Shown here: one piece after another, positions 6,560-13,649 of the stretch
Numbering within the stretch: position 1 is the first letter of the stretch
Layout: each line of letters begins with the position of its first letter
Source: Micrococcus luteus NCTC 2665
Lineage (GTDB): Bacteria > Actinomycetota > Actinomycetes > Actinomycetales > Micrococcaceae
Direction of reading: 5' to 3'
Length of the DNA stretch: 32,000 nt
NCBI RefSeq assembly: GCF_000023205.1
Contig: NC_012803.1
Span: forward strand, 270,001 to 302,000
The notes under the pieces: generated by a model
Databases searched by the model: none
Seen by the model: only the letters and a program-made list of their open reading frames with translations
What the model was told of the DNA's origin: nothing
Made by a program: the position numbers and the translations under genes

Positions 6560-7630
6560 TCATGGACGCGCGCTGGAAGTCCACTCGGTGTCCGGCCGGG
6601 TCCCGGGGGCCGCCCCCACGGCCGCGTCCAACATTGCCAACAGCCGCACCCGCAGCGCCTGGCCCCGCGCGGCGAACTCGCGCTGTCGCCGCGCGTACTC
6701 GGCACGCCCGGCCGGCTCCTCGATCCGCACGGCCGCGTAGCCGCCGCGCCCGTCGGAGAGGTCGTCCACTCCGGTCAGGTCGTACGGCGAGGCCTCCATG
6801 TCCAGCCGGCGGATGTCCCACGCGAGGTCGAAGCAGTCCGCGAGCAGGTCCGAGTCGACCACCGGCACCAGCTTGTACGCCCACTTGTACAGGTCCATCC
6901 CCGCGTGCAGGCAGCCGGGCTGCTCCATCTCCCGCATCCCGGCGCGCGTGGGCAGGACGCCGTCGTCGCCCTCGTTGCGGTCGCGGGCCTCGGGCGCGAA
7001 GAACCGGAACGCATCGAAGTGCGTGCACCGGATCCGCGAGCCCTCCACCACCGCGTCCGTCCCCTCGGCCCCGAGCCGCAGCGGCAGCTGGGAGTGCCGC
7101 ACCCCGTGCACGTCCGAGCGGTATGCCATCGCCCACTCGTGCAGCCCGAAGCAGCCCAGGCGCGGCGCCCGCTCCGCCGTGCGCGCGAGCAGCTCCCGCG
7201 TGAACGCCACCCCCGACGCGCGGTCGGCCAGCACCGCCGCCACGTCCACCAGCCAGCCGCCCACCGCGCGGCCGTCGACGACGGCGCCCGCCACCTCGCC
7301 GGCCTCGACGCGCCGGTAGTGCTTCCACTCGCCCCGTGGGGTCGTGCCCAGCTCGGCCGCCTCGGCGCGGGCCGCGGCGCCGTCGTCGTCCGCGAGGAGG
7401 ACCCCCGGCCCGGGGTGCCAGCGCTGCAGCGCGGCGGGGGAGTGCGTGTAGTAGCCGAAGAGGAAGTCCTGCACCGGGTGCTTCTCGCCGCGCATCCGCA
7501 GGGCCACCAGCGGGTCCGTGCGTCGGGCGATGCGCGCGCGGTGCGCCCGCGCGTGGGCCCGCCACACGTCGGCGGGCAGGGCGACGACGGCGGTCGGCGT
7601 GGGTGCGGGGGCGGTGCGTGACTCGGGCAT
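6560..7630 (-). CDS. conserved hypothetical protein (356 aa)
   Basis: Protein-like composition, GGAGGA SD upstream of ATG 7630. Motifs HPVQDFLFGYYT, CFGLHEWAMAYR, CTHFDAFRFF. I recall homologues sometimes being labelled 3-methyladenine DNA glycosylase, but I cannot verify this. Confidence 0.6.
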   Translation of the reverse strand: MPESRTAPAPTPTAVVALPADVWRAHARAHRARIARRTDPLVALRMRGEKHPVQDFLFGYYTHSPAALQRWHPGPGVLLADDDGAAARAEAAELGTTPRGEWKHYRRVEAGEVAGAVVDGRAVGGWLVDVAAVLADRASGVAFTRELLARTAERAPRLGCFGLHEWAMAYRSDVHGVRHSQLPLRLGAEGTDAVVEGSRIRCTHFDAFRFFAPEARDRNEGDDGVLPTRAGMREMEQPGCLHAGMDLYKWAYKLVPVVDSDLLADCFDLAWDIRRLDMEASPYDLTGVDDLSDGRGGYAAVRIEEPAGRAEYARRQREFAARGQALRVRLLAMLDAAVGAAPGTRPDTEWTSSARP

Positions 7631-7750
7631 GGCCCCACCATCCTCCCCCGTGGCGCCCCTCGTGAGCGAGCGGGTCCACGCGATGCCGACGCGGGGAGCG
7701 CGCTCCGGCGGCCCCTATTCGACGGTCCTGGACATTGCCTGGCAAAGATC

Positions 7751-7779
7751 TGGTCAAACGCCCTACCGGACGGTAGATT
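7751..7779 (+). promoter_or_regulatory. candidate sigma-70-type promoter for the S8 peptidase gene
   Basis: -35 TGGTCA (7751-7756), 17-nt spacer, -10 TAGATT (7774-7779) in a locally AT-richer stretch. An 11-bp palindrome TTGCC-T-GGCAA lies just upstream at 7735-7745. Confidence 0.3.
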
Positions 7780-7898
7780 TCACATGTCTCGCTGTGGCGC
7801 TCATCACATGGGCGTCGATCTCCCCGTCCCCCGGCGCCATCCCCGCCGGCGTGCCGCGGGCGAGAGCTGGGTGGACCTTGATGAGAAAGGCGGAGGCA

Positions 7899-10883
7899 AT
7901 GCCTCAGAACCCCACCCCTGCCCGGCGCCGTCGGGCCCTGGCCGCGGCCGTCGCCGGCGCGAGCCTCGTGGCCGCTCCCGCGCTCGCGGTGTCGGCCACC
8001 GCCGTCGAACTGCCCGACGGCAGCACCGTCTCCAGCCCGCAGGGCGAGGTGCAGGTCCAGCAGCAGTTCGAGGACGGCCGCTACTTCGTGGTCCTGAAGG
8101 ACCAGCCGTCGGTGACCGCCCCCGAGGCCGGCGCCGTTCCGGGCGCGGCCCCGAAGGCGAAGTTCGACCCCTCGCACCCGCGCGTGAAGAACTACGAGGC
8201 CAAGCTCCAGCGCCAGCAGGCGAAGGTCGCGAAGGCCCACGGCGCCAAGGTCGAGATCTCCTTCCAGCGCGCCGTGAACGCGTTCGTCGCCGAGCTGACC
8301 GCCGAGGAGGCCCAGGCGATCGCGAAGGACCCGGCCGTGCTCGGCGTCGCACCGGACGAGCAGGTGGCCCCGGACTACAGCTCCACCGAGTTCCTCGGCC
8401 TGGCCGGCAAGAAGGGCACCTGGAAGTCCGTGTACGGCAAGGCCGAGAACGCGGGCGAGGGCGTGGTGGTCGGCGTCATCGACTCCGGCATCCACCCGGA
8501 CAACCCGTTCATCGACGGCCAGCCCGTCCAGCCGCTCAAGGGCAAGGCCAAGGTCGGCGTGCCGTACCGCACCGCGGACGGCCAGATCGCCGTGCTCAAG
8601 GCGGACGGCACCACCGCCACGGCCGACTGCGAGACCGGCCCGGACTTCCCGGCGTCGTCGTGCGACTCCAAGCTGATCGGCGCCTACGCCTTCTCGGAGG
8701 ACTTCGAGCGCTTCGTCCCGGTGGACGAGCGGGCCCCGGAGGAGCGCATCTCCCCGCTCGGCGTGTTCTCCCACGGCACCCACGTGGCCACCACCATCCT
8801 CGGCAACACCGGGGTGGAGCAGACCATCGACGGCGACTCCTTCGGCGAGGGCGCGGGCGTGGCCCCGGCCGCGAACCTGATCTCCTACAAGATCTGCTGG
8901 GAGGACACCGACCCGGACACCGGCGGCTGCTACACCTCCGCCTCCGTGGCCGCCGTCGAGCAGGCCATCGAGAACAACGTGGACGTGCTGAACTACTCGA
9001 TCTCCGGCTCCAACACCTCGATCGTGGACCCGGTGGCCATGGCCTTCAAGTCCGCCGCCGAGGCCGGCATCTTCGTGGCCGCCTCCGGCGGCAACTCCGG
9101 CCCCGGCCCGAACACCGTGAACCACGGCTCCCCGTGGCTGACCACCGTGGCCGCGGAGACGTTCTCCAACGAGCTCACCGCCACCGTGCAGTTCTCCGAC
9201 GGCACGCAGCTCCGCGGCGCCTCCTCGGCCCGCACCGGCGTGGGCCCGGCCGAGGTCATCCACGCGTCCGAGGTCGCCGCCGGCGACGCCGAGGCCGCGC
9301 GTCTCTGCCTGCCCGGCGGGCTCACCGAGGAGGCCGCCGGCAAGATCGTGCTCTGCGAGCGCGGCGTGAACGCCCGCACCGAGAAGTCGCAGGTGGTGGA
9401 GGAGGCCGGCGGCGTCGGCATGATCCTCGTGAACACCCCGTCCGGCTCGCTGGACGCGGACATCCACGCGGTGCCGACCGTGCACATGAACGACAACGGC
9501 GTGATCGAGAAGGTGAAGTCCTCCGACCTCACCGCCACGATCGTCCCGGGCGACACCACCGGCCTGCCGGCGGACCCGCTTCCCCAGATCGCCGGCTTCT
9601 CCTCCCGCGGCCCGGCCAACGCCGTGAACCAGGAGCTCCTGAAGCCCGACCTCGCCGCCCCCGGCGTGAACGTGATCGCCGGCGTCTCCCCGCTGGACCC
9701 CGACTACCACGGCAACACGTTCGGCCTGATGTCCGGCACGTCCATGGCATCGCCGAACCTGGCCGGCATGGCCACGCTGCTGATCGGCAAGTACCCGGCC
9801 TGGTCGCCGATGGCCGTGAAGTCCGCCCTCATGACCACCGCCGGCGACGTGTACAACGCCGACGGCACCGTGAACACGGACAACTTCGCCACGGGTGCCG
9901 GCTCTGCCGATCCGGCCGCCGCCGCCCGTCCGGGCCTGGTCTACGAGTCCGGCAAGGAGCAGTGGGACGCGCTGCTGCGCGGCGACATCGCCGGCCGTGA
10001 CGTGAACGTCCCGTCCCTGGCGATCCCCGACGTCGTCGGCTCGGCCACCGTGACCCGCACCGTGACCGCCCTGGAGAACGGCCGCTGGCAGTTCTCTGCG
10101 AACGTGCCAGGCTTCGAGGTGACCGCCTCCCCGGCCGTGCTGGACCTGAAGGCCGGCCAGTCCGCCGACGTCGAGCTGACCGTCACCCGCACCGACGCTG
10201 CGATGAACACCTGGACCCACGGCTCCATGTCCTGGACCACCGCCAAGGGCAAGGCCGTCCCGGAGGTGACCTCCCCGGTCACCGTCAAGGCGAAGTCCGC
10301 GACCGTCACCTCCGCCGTCGAGGGCTCCGGCGCCACCGGCTCCGCCGACGTGGAGATCACCCCCGGCGTGACCGGTGAGCTGACCCCGCAGGTCCTGGGC
10401 CTGGGCAAGGTGGACTCCACCGTGGCCGCCGCCACCGCGAGCAACTCGCTCGCGTCCAGCGCACTGGCCGTGTCCACCGTGACCGTGGAGGAGGGCACCC
10501 AGTCCCTGGTGGCCTCGATCAACGCGGGCGCTGCCGGCGCCGACTGGGACCTGTACGTGATCACCCCCGAGGGCAAGCAGCTCTCCCGGGCGACCGCGGA
10601 CGAGTCCGAGACGCTGACGATCGCCGACCCCGTCCCGGGCGCCTACACCGTGGTCGGCCACCTGTACGCGGCCAACGGCGGCAAGGACACCGGCACCCTC
10701 GAGACGCTGAAGCTGCGCGAGGACGCCGGCAACCTCACCGTCTCCCCGAACCCGGTCCCCGTGACCTCGGGCAAGGCCACCGAGGCGACCCTCTCCTGGT
10801 CCGGCCTGACCTCGGGCACCTGGAAGGGCCTCGTCACCTGGGACGCGGGCATCACGACCGACGTGACCGTCCAGGTCCCGTGA
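7899..10883 (+). CDS. secreted S8 (subtilisin-family) serine peptidase with I9 propeptide, PA-domain insert and C-terminal beta-domains
   Basis: Catalytic motifs VVGVIDSGI (Asp), HGTHVATT (His), SGTSMASPNLAG (Ser). RRRR signal peptide MPQNPTPARRRRALAAAVAGASLVAAPALA. Propeptide-like YFVVLKD...FVAELTAEEAQAIAKDPAVLGVAPD. PA-like CLPGGL...GKIVLCERG...GGVGMILVN. ATG 7899 follows GGAGG. In-frame ATG 7881 is an alternative start. Confidence 0.9.
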   Translation: MPQNPTPARRRRALAAAVAGASLVAAPALAVSATAVELPDGSTVSSPQGEVQVQQQFEDGRYFVVLKDQPSVTAPEAGAVPGAAPKAKFDPSHPRVKNYEAKLQRQQAKVAKAHGAKVEISFQRAVNAFVAELTAEEAQAIAKDPAVLGVAPDEQVAPDYSSTEFLGLAGKKGTWKSVYGKAENAGEGVVVGVIDSGIHPDNPFIDGQPVQPLKGKAKVGVPYRTADGQIAVLKADGTTATADCETGPDFPASSCDSKLIGAYAFSEDFERFVPVDERAPEERISPLGVFSHGTHVATTILGNTGVEQTIDGDSFGEGAGVAPAANLISYKICWEDTDPDTGGCYTSASVAAVEQAIENNVDVLNYSISGSNTSIVDPVAMAFKSAAEAGIFVAASGGNSGPGPNTVNHGSPWLTTVAAETFSNELTATVQFSDGTQLRGASSARTGVGPAEVIHASEVAAGDAEAARLCLPGGLTEEAAGKIVLCERGVNARTEKSQVVEEAGGVGMILVNTPSGSLDADIHAVPTVHMNDNGVIEKVKSSDLTATIVPGDTTGLPADPLPQIAGFSSRGPANAVNQELLKPDLAAPGVNVIAGVSPLDPDYHGNTFGLMSGTSMASPNLAGMATLLIGKYPAWSPMAVKSALMTTAGDVYNADGTVNTDNFATGAGSADPAAAARPGLVYESGKEQWDALLRGDIAGRDVNVPSLAIPDVVGSATVTRTVTALENGRWQFSANVPGFEVTASPAVLDLKAGQSADVELTVTRTDAAMNTWTHGSMSWTTAKGKAVPEVTSPVTVKAKSATVTSAVEGSGATGSADVEITPGVTGELTPQVLGLGKVDSTVAAATASNSLASSALAVSTVTVEEGTQSLVASINAGAAGADWDLYVITPEGKQLSRATADESETLTIADPVPGAYTVVGHLYAANGGKDTGTLETLKLREDAGNLTVSPNPVPVTSGKATEATLSWSGLTSGTWKGLVTWDAGITTDVTVQVP

Positions 10884-10931
10884 CCGCCGACCCCCTCCGT
10901 CCTCGCTGACGGAACGGGAGGAACCGCCCGC

Positions 10932-10980
10932 ACGACGCCGGCCCCGCACCTTCACGCTGAAGGTGCGGGGCCGGCGTCGT
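10932..10980. terminator. bidirectional hairpin terminator between convergent peptidase and ask genes
   Basis: Perfect 23-bp arms ACGACGCCGGCCCCGCACCTTCA (10932-10954) / TGAAGGTGCGGGGCCGGCGTCGT (10958-10980), with a 3-nt loop. Confidence 0.7.
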
Positions 10981-11115
10981 GGTGGGCGGGGGAGGGTGGA
11001 AGCGCCCCCGCCCCCTCGCTTTCGAACGTGGGATAGGCCCTATCTCACGTTCGAAAGCGCTCATTCGCCCCATTTCACGTTCGAAAGTCGCCCGGGCGGT
11101 GGGTGGGGGAGGGTG
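10981..11115. repeat. composite repeat element: 18-bp G-rich direct repeats flanking a TTCGAA-containing inverted/direct repeat core
   Basis: DR1 GGTGGGCGGGGGAGGGTG (10981-10998) and DR2 GGTGGGTGGGGGAGGGTG (11098-11115), 17/18 identical. Core inverted repeat 11017-11037 / 11039-11059 (21-bp arms, one G-T) containing CTTTCGAACGTG / CACGTTCGAAAG. A 21-nt direct repeat at 11037-11057 and 11067-11087 (19/21, 30-bp period). Confidence 0.8.
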
Positions 11116-11120
11116 CGGCG

Positions 11121-11639
11121 TCAGCGGCCGGTGCCGCCGTAGACCGTGGCCTCCTCCTCGGCGTCGAGGCCGAAGGCGGCGTGCACGGCGCGGACGGCGT
11201 CGTCGAGCTTGCTCTCGGCGGTGACCACGGAGATGCGGATCTCCGAGGTGGAGATGAGGTCCACGTTCACGCCGGCGTCGGCGAGGGCCTTGAAGAAGGT
11301 GGCGGAGACGCCCGGGTTGGAGCGCATGCCCGCGCCGATCAGTGAGAGCTTGCCGATCTCCGGGTCCGAGACGATGTCCTGGAAGCCGATCCGGTCCTGG
11401 GCGGCGCGCAGGGCGGCCATGGCGTCCTTGCCCTCCACGATCGGCAGGGTGAAGGAGATGTCCGTGCGGCCCGAGCCCTCGCGGGAGATGTTCTGCACGA
11501 TCATGTCGATGTTCACGTTGGACACGGCGATCACGCGGAAGATCTCGGCGGCCTTGCCGGGCACGTCGGGGACGCCGACGATCGTGACCTTGCCCTCGGA
11601 GCGGTCGTGGGCGACGCCGGAGACGATGGGCTGTTCCAT
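11121..11639 (-). CDS. lysC: aspartate kinase beta subunit from in-frame internal start (172 aa), predicted
   Basis: In-frame ATG (cat 11637-11639) preceded by GGAAGG about 7 nt upstream. The product starts MEQPIVSGVAHDRSEGKVTIVGVPD, the same position and length class as the LysC-beta known in Corynebacterium and Mycobacterium. Confidence 0.6.
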   Translation of the reverse strand: MEQPIVSGVAHDRSEGKVTIVGVPDVPGKAAEIFRVIAVSNVNIDMIVQNISREGSGRTDISFTLPIVEGKDAMAALRAAQDRIGFQDIVSDPEIGKLSLIGAGMRSNPGVSATFFKALADAGVNVDLISTSEIRISVVTAESKLDDAVRAVHAAFGLDAEEEATVYGGTGR

Positions 11640-12407
11640 GGGAGCGCCTTCCTGAAGGGTGATGGTGTCGTTCGGGTCGGGCAGGATCCAGGTGCCCTCG
11701 TGGTCGGAGAAGGAGGAGCGCACGTGCAGTGGCACGCCGAAGCGGCGCGCGTACTCCACGGAGCGCAGGTGCAGCACCTTGGATCCGGAGGCCGCCATCT
11801 CGAGGGTCTCCTCGGAGGAGAGCTCGGTGAGCTTGCGGGCGGTCGGCACGACGCGCGGGTCGGCGGAGTAGACGCCGTCCACGTCCGTGTAGATCTCGCA
11901 CACGTCCGCGCCGAGCGCGGCGGCGAGGGCGACGGCGGTGGTGTCCGAGCCGCCGCGGCCCATGGTGGTGATGTCCTTGGACTCGGGGCTCATGCCCTGG
12001 AACCCGGCCACGATGGCCACGCGGCCGGCGTCGAGGGCCTCCTGCACGCGGTGGGGGTTGACCTTGACGATCCGGGCCCGGCCGTACGAGGTGTCCGTCA
12101 GCATGCCGGCCTGGGAGCCGGTGTAGGAGCGGGCCTCGACGCCCTCGGCATGGATCGCCATCGCGAGCAGGGACATGGAGATGCGCTCGCCGGCCGAGAG
12201 CAGGATGTCCATCTCGCGTGCGGGCGCGTCCTGCGTGAGTTCGGCGGCGAGGTCGAGCAGCTCGTCCGTGGTGTCGCCCATGGCTGAGACCACGACGCAC
12301 ACGCGGTTCCCGGCCCGTACCGTGTCCGCGACGCGGCGGGCCACGCGCTGGATGCCGGCGGCGTCGGCCACGGAGGAGCCGCCGAACTTCTGGACGATGA
12401 GACTCAT
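11121..12407 (-). CDS. lysC: aspartate kinase (alpha subunit reading frame)
   Basis: MSLIVQKFGGSSVADAAGIQRVARRV..., VVVSAMGDTTDELL, two C-terminal ACT-like regions. Start at ATG (cat 12405-12407) matches the canonical MxxIVQKFGGSS N-terminus. Confidence 0.95.
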   Translation of the reverse strand: MSLIVQKFGGSSVADAAGIQRVARRVADTVRAGNRVCVVVSAMGDTTDELLDLAAELTQDAPAREMDILLSAGERISMSLLAMAIHAEGVEARSYTGSQAGMLTDTSYGRARIVKVNPHRVQEALDAGRVAIVAGFQGMSPESKDITTMGRGGSDTTAVALAAALGADVCEIYTDVDGVYSADPRVVPTARKLTELSSEETLEMAASGSKVLHLRSVEYARRFGVPLHVRSSFSDHEGTWILPDPNDTITLQEGAPMEQPIVSGVAHDRSEGKVTIVGVPDVPGKAAEIFRVIAVSNVNIDMIVQNISREGSGRTDISFTLPIVEGKDAMAALRAAQDRIGFQDIVSDPEIGKLSLIGAGMRSNPGVSATFFKALADAGVNVDLISTSEIRISVVTAESKLDDAVRAVHAAFGLDAEEEATVYGGTGR

Positions 12408-12635
12408 GGGTCGCTCCGGACAGGGTCGAGGGTCGGTTCGGGCCAAGTCTAGGGGCGCGCACCCGCGCAGGTCCGCCAGGTGAACCCCTGTTCCGGATGC
12501 TGGACCCGGCGCCCGCGGCCGGTCAGGACGACGGCGCCCGCGGACCCGCCTGCGACCCCGGTCGGCCTGGGATCGGCGCCGGGATCATCCCCCGGGTGGA
12601 TCCGCGTCCGTGCCCGATGCGGCAAGGATGGGGCC

Positions 12636-13649
12636 ATGACCGCTCCAGCACCCCCGCCTGCCTCACCCGTCCTGGGGGTGGCCGCCCACGACGGGATCGT
12701 GGCCCACGGCCTCGCCCGCTCGTTCGGCGCCGTCCATGCGGTGCGGGACGTCTCCCTCACCGTGCCCGCTGGCTCCGTGACGGCCCTCGTCGGCCCGAAC
12801 GGCTCGGGCAAGACCACGCTCCTGCTGATCCTGGCCACCCTGCTGCGCCCGGACGCCGGCGCCGTGTCCGTGGCCGGGGTGGACGCGGTGCGCGAGCCCG
12901 TCGAGGCCCGGCGGCGGCTCGGCTGGATGCCCGACACCCTGGGCGTGTGGGAGGAGCTGACCTGCCACGACATCCTCGCCAGCCTGGGCCGGCTCTACGG
13001 CATGGGGAAGGCGGAGGCGTCGGCGCGCGCGGACGAGCAGCTCGCGTGGGTCGAGCTCACGGAGTTCGCCCACCGGCCCGCCCGCGTGCTCTCCCGCGGC
13101 CAGCAGCAGCGCCTGTCCCTGGCTCGGGCCACCGTGCACCGGCCCTCCGTCCTGCTCCTGGACGAACCCGCCAACGGCCTCGACCCGGCCGCCCGCATCC
13201 GGCTGCGGGACGACTTGCGCGCCATGGCCGCAGCCGGCACCGCCGTGCTCGTCTCCTCCCACGTGCTCGCCGAGCTCGAGGAGATGTCCGACCGCGCCGT
13301 GTTCCTCCGTGCGGGCGCCACGGTGGCCACCCAGGAGTTCCGCGCCGCCGACGACCTCGCCCGCCCCTACCGGATCGCCGGACCCGACCCGACGGCCCGG
13401 GACACCCTCGTCCGCGCCCTCGAGGCCCGCGGCCTCGCCGTCACCGTGGCCACCGGCGCCGGCGCGGGCCAGCGCCGGGACGGCGTCGTGGTGCAGCTGC
13501 GGGGTGAGGCCGCCGCGGCCGCGCTGCTCGCGGACCTCGTGCGCGAGGGTGTGCTCGTCAGCCACTTCGCCCCGGAGGGCTCCCGCCTCGAGAACGCCTA
13601 CCTGGGCCTCCATCTGGAGGGCCCCCGCACCGAAGGAGACCGGCCGTGA
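12636..13649 (+). CDS. ABC transporter ATP-binding protein (337 aa, with C-terminal extension)
   Basis: Walker A GPNGSGKTT, signature LSRGQQQRL, Walker B LLLDEPANGLD, H-loop SSHVL. ATG 12636 preceded by AAGGATGG. About 100 aa follow the ABC core. Confidence 0.9.
   Translation: MTAPAPPPASPVLGVAAHDGIVAHGLARSFGAVHAVRDVSLTVPAGSVTALVGPNGSGKTTLLLILATLLRPDAGAVSVAGVDAVREPVEARRRLGWMPDTLGVWEELTCHDILASLGRLYGMGKAEASARADEQLAWVELTEFAHRPARVLSRGQQQRLSLARATVHRPSVLLLDEPANGLDPAARIRLRDDLRAMAAAGTAVLVSSHVLAELEEMSDRAVFLRAGATVATQEFRAADDLARPYRIAGPDPTARDTLVRALEARGLAVTVATGAGAGQRRDGVVVQLRGEAAAAALLADLVREGVLVSHFAPEGSRLENAYLGLHLEGPRTEGDRP

Noticed and set aside
10893-10921. Shared motif TGACGGAACGGG and similar small hairpins right after the stop codons of the S8 peptidase (10893-10921) and TspO-like gene (26920-26946)
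   Set aside because: About 21 of 24 aligned positions match, and both can form 7-bp stems. My rough estimate is that a few such matches are expected by chance in 32 kb at this base composition. With only two copies I cannot distinguish it from coincidence. A genome-wide count would be needed.
6507-10955. 1482-aa ORF on the minus strand
   Set aside because: It is antisense to the well-supported S8 peptidase and out of frame over the 6560-7630 gene. The translation is Gly/Arg/Ala/His-rich with no motifs. This is a typical stop-codon-poor shadow frame of a high-GC genome.
11017-11087. LexA/SOS boxes (actinobacterial consensus TCGAAC-N4-GTTCGA) in the TTCGAA repeats
   Set aside because: TCGAAC and GTTCGA half-sites are present but separated by 21 nt rather than 4. 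No copy has the 16-bp box, and there is no gene start downstream to regulate.
12507-12543. 12-mer direct repeat CGGCGCCCGCGG (12507-12518 and 12532-12543) in the ask/ABC divergent intergenic region
   Set aside because: It is pure G/C sequence containing the common CCGCGG palindrome. Exact 12-mers of this composition recur by chance in such genomes. There is no supporting symmetry or promoter context.
12480-12635. Longer N-terminus for the ABC ATPase (ORF start at 12480)
   Set aside because: The extension (NPCSGCWTRRPRPVRTT...) is not ABC-like and lacks an SD. ATG 12636 has AAGGATGG upstream and leaves a normal distance to the Walker A motif.
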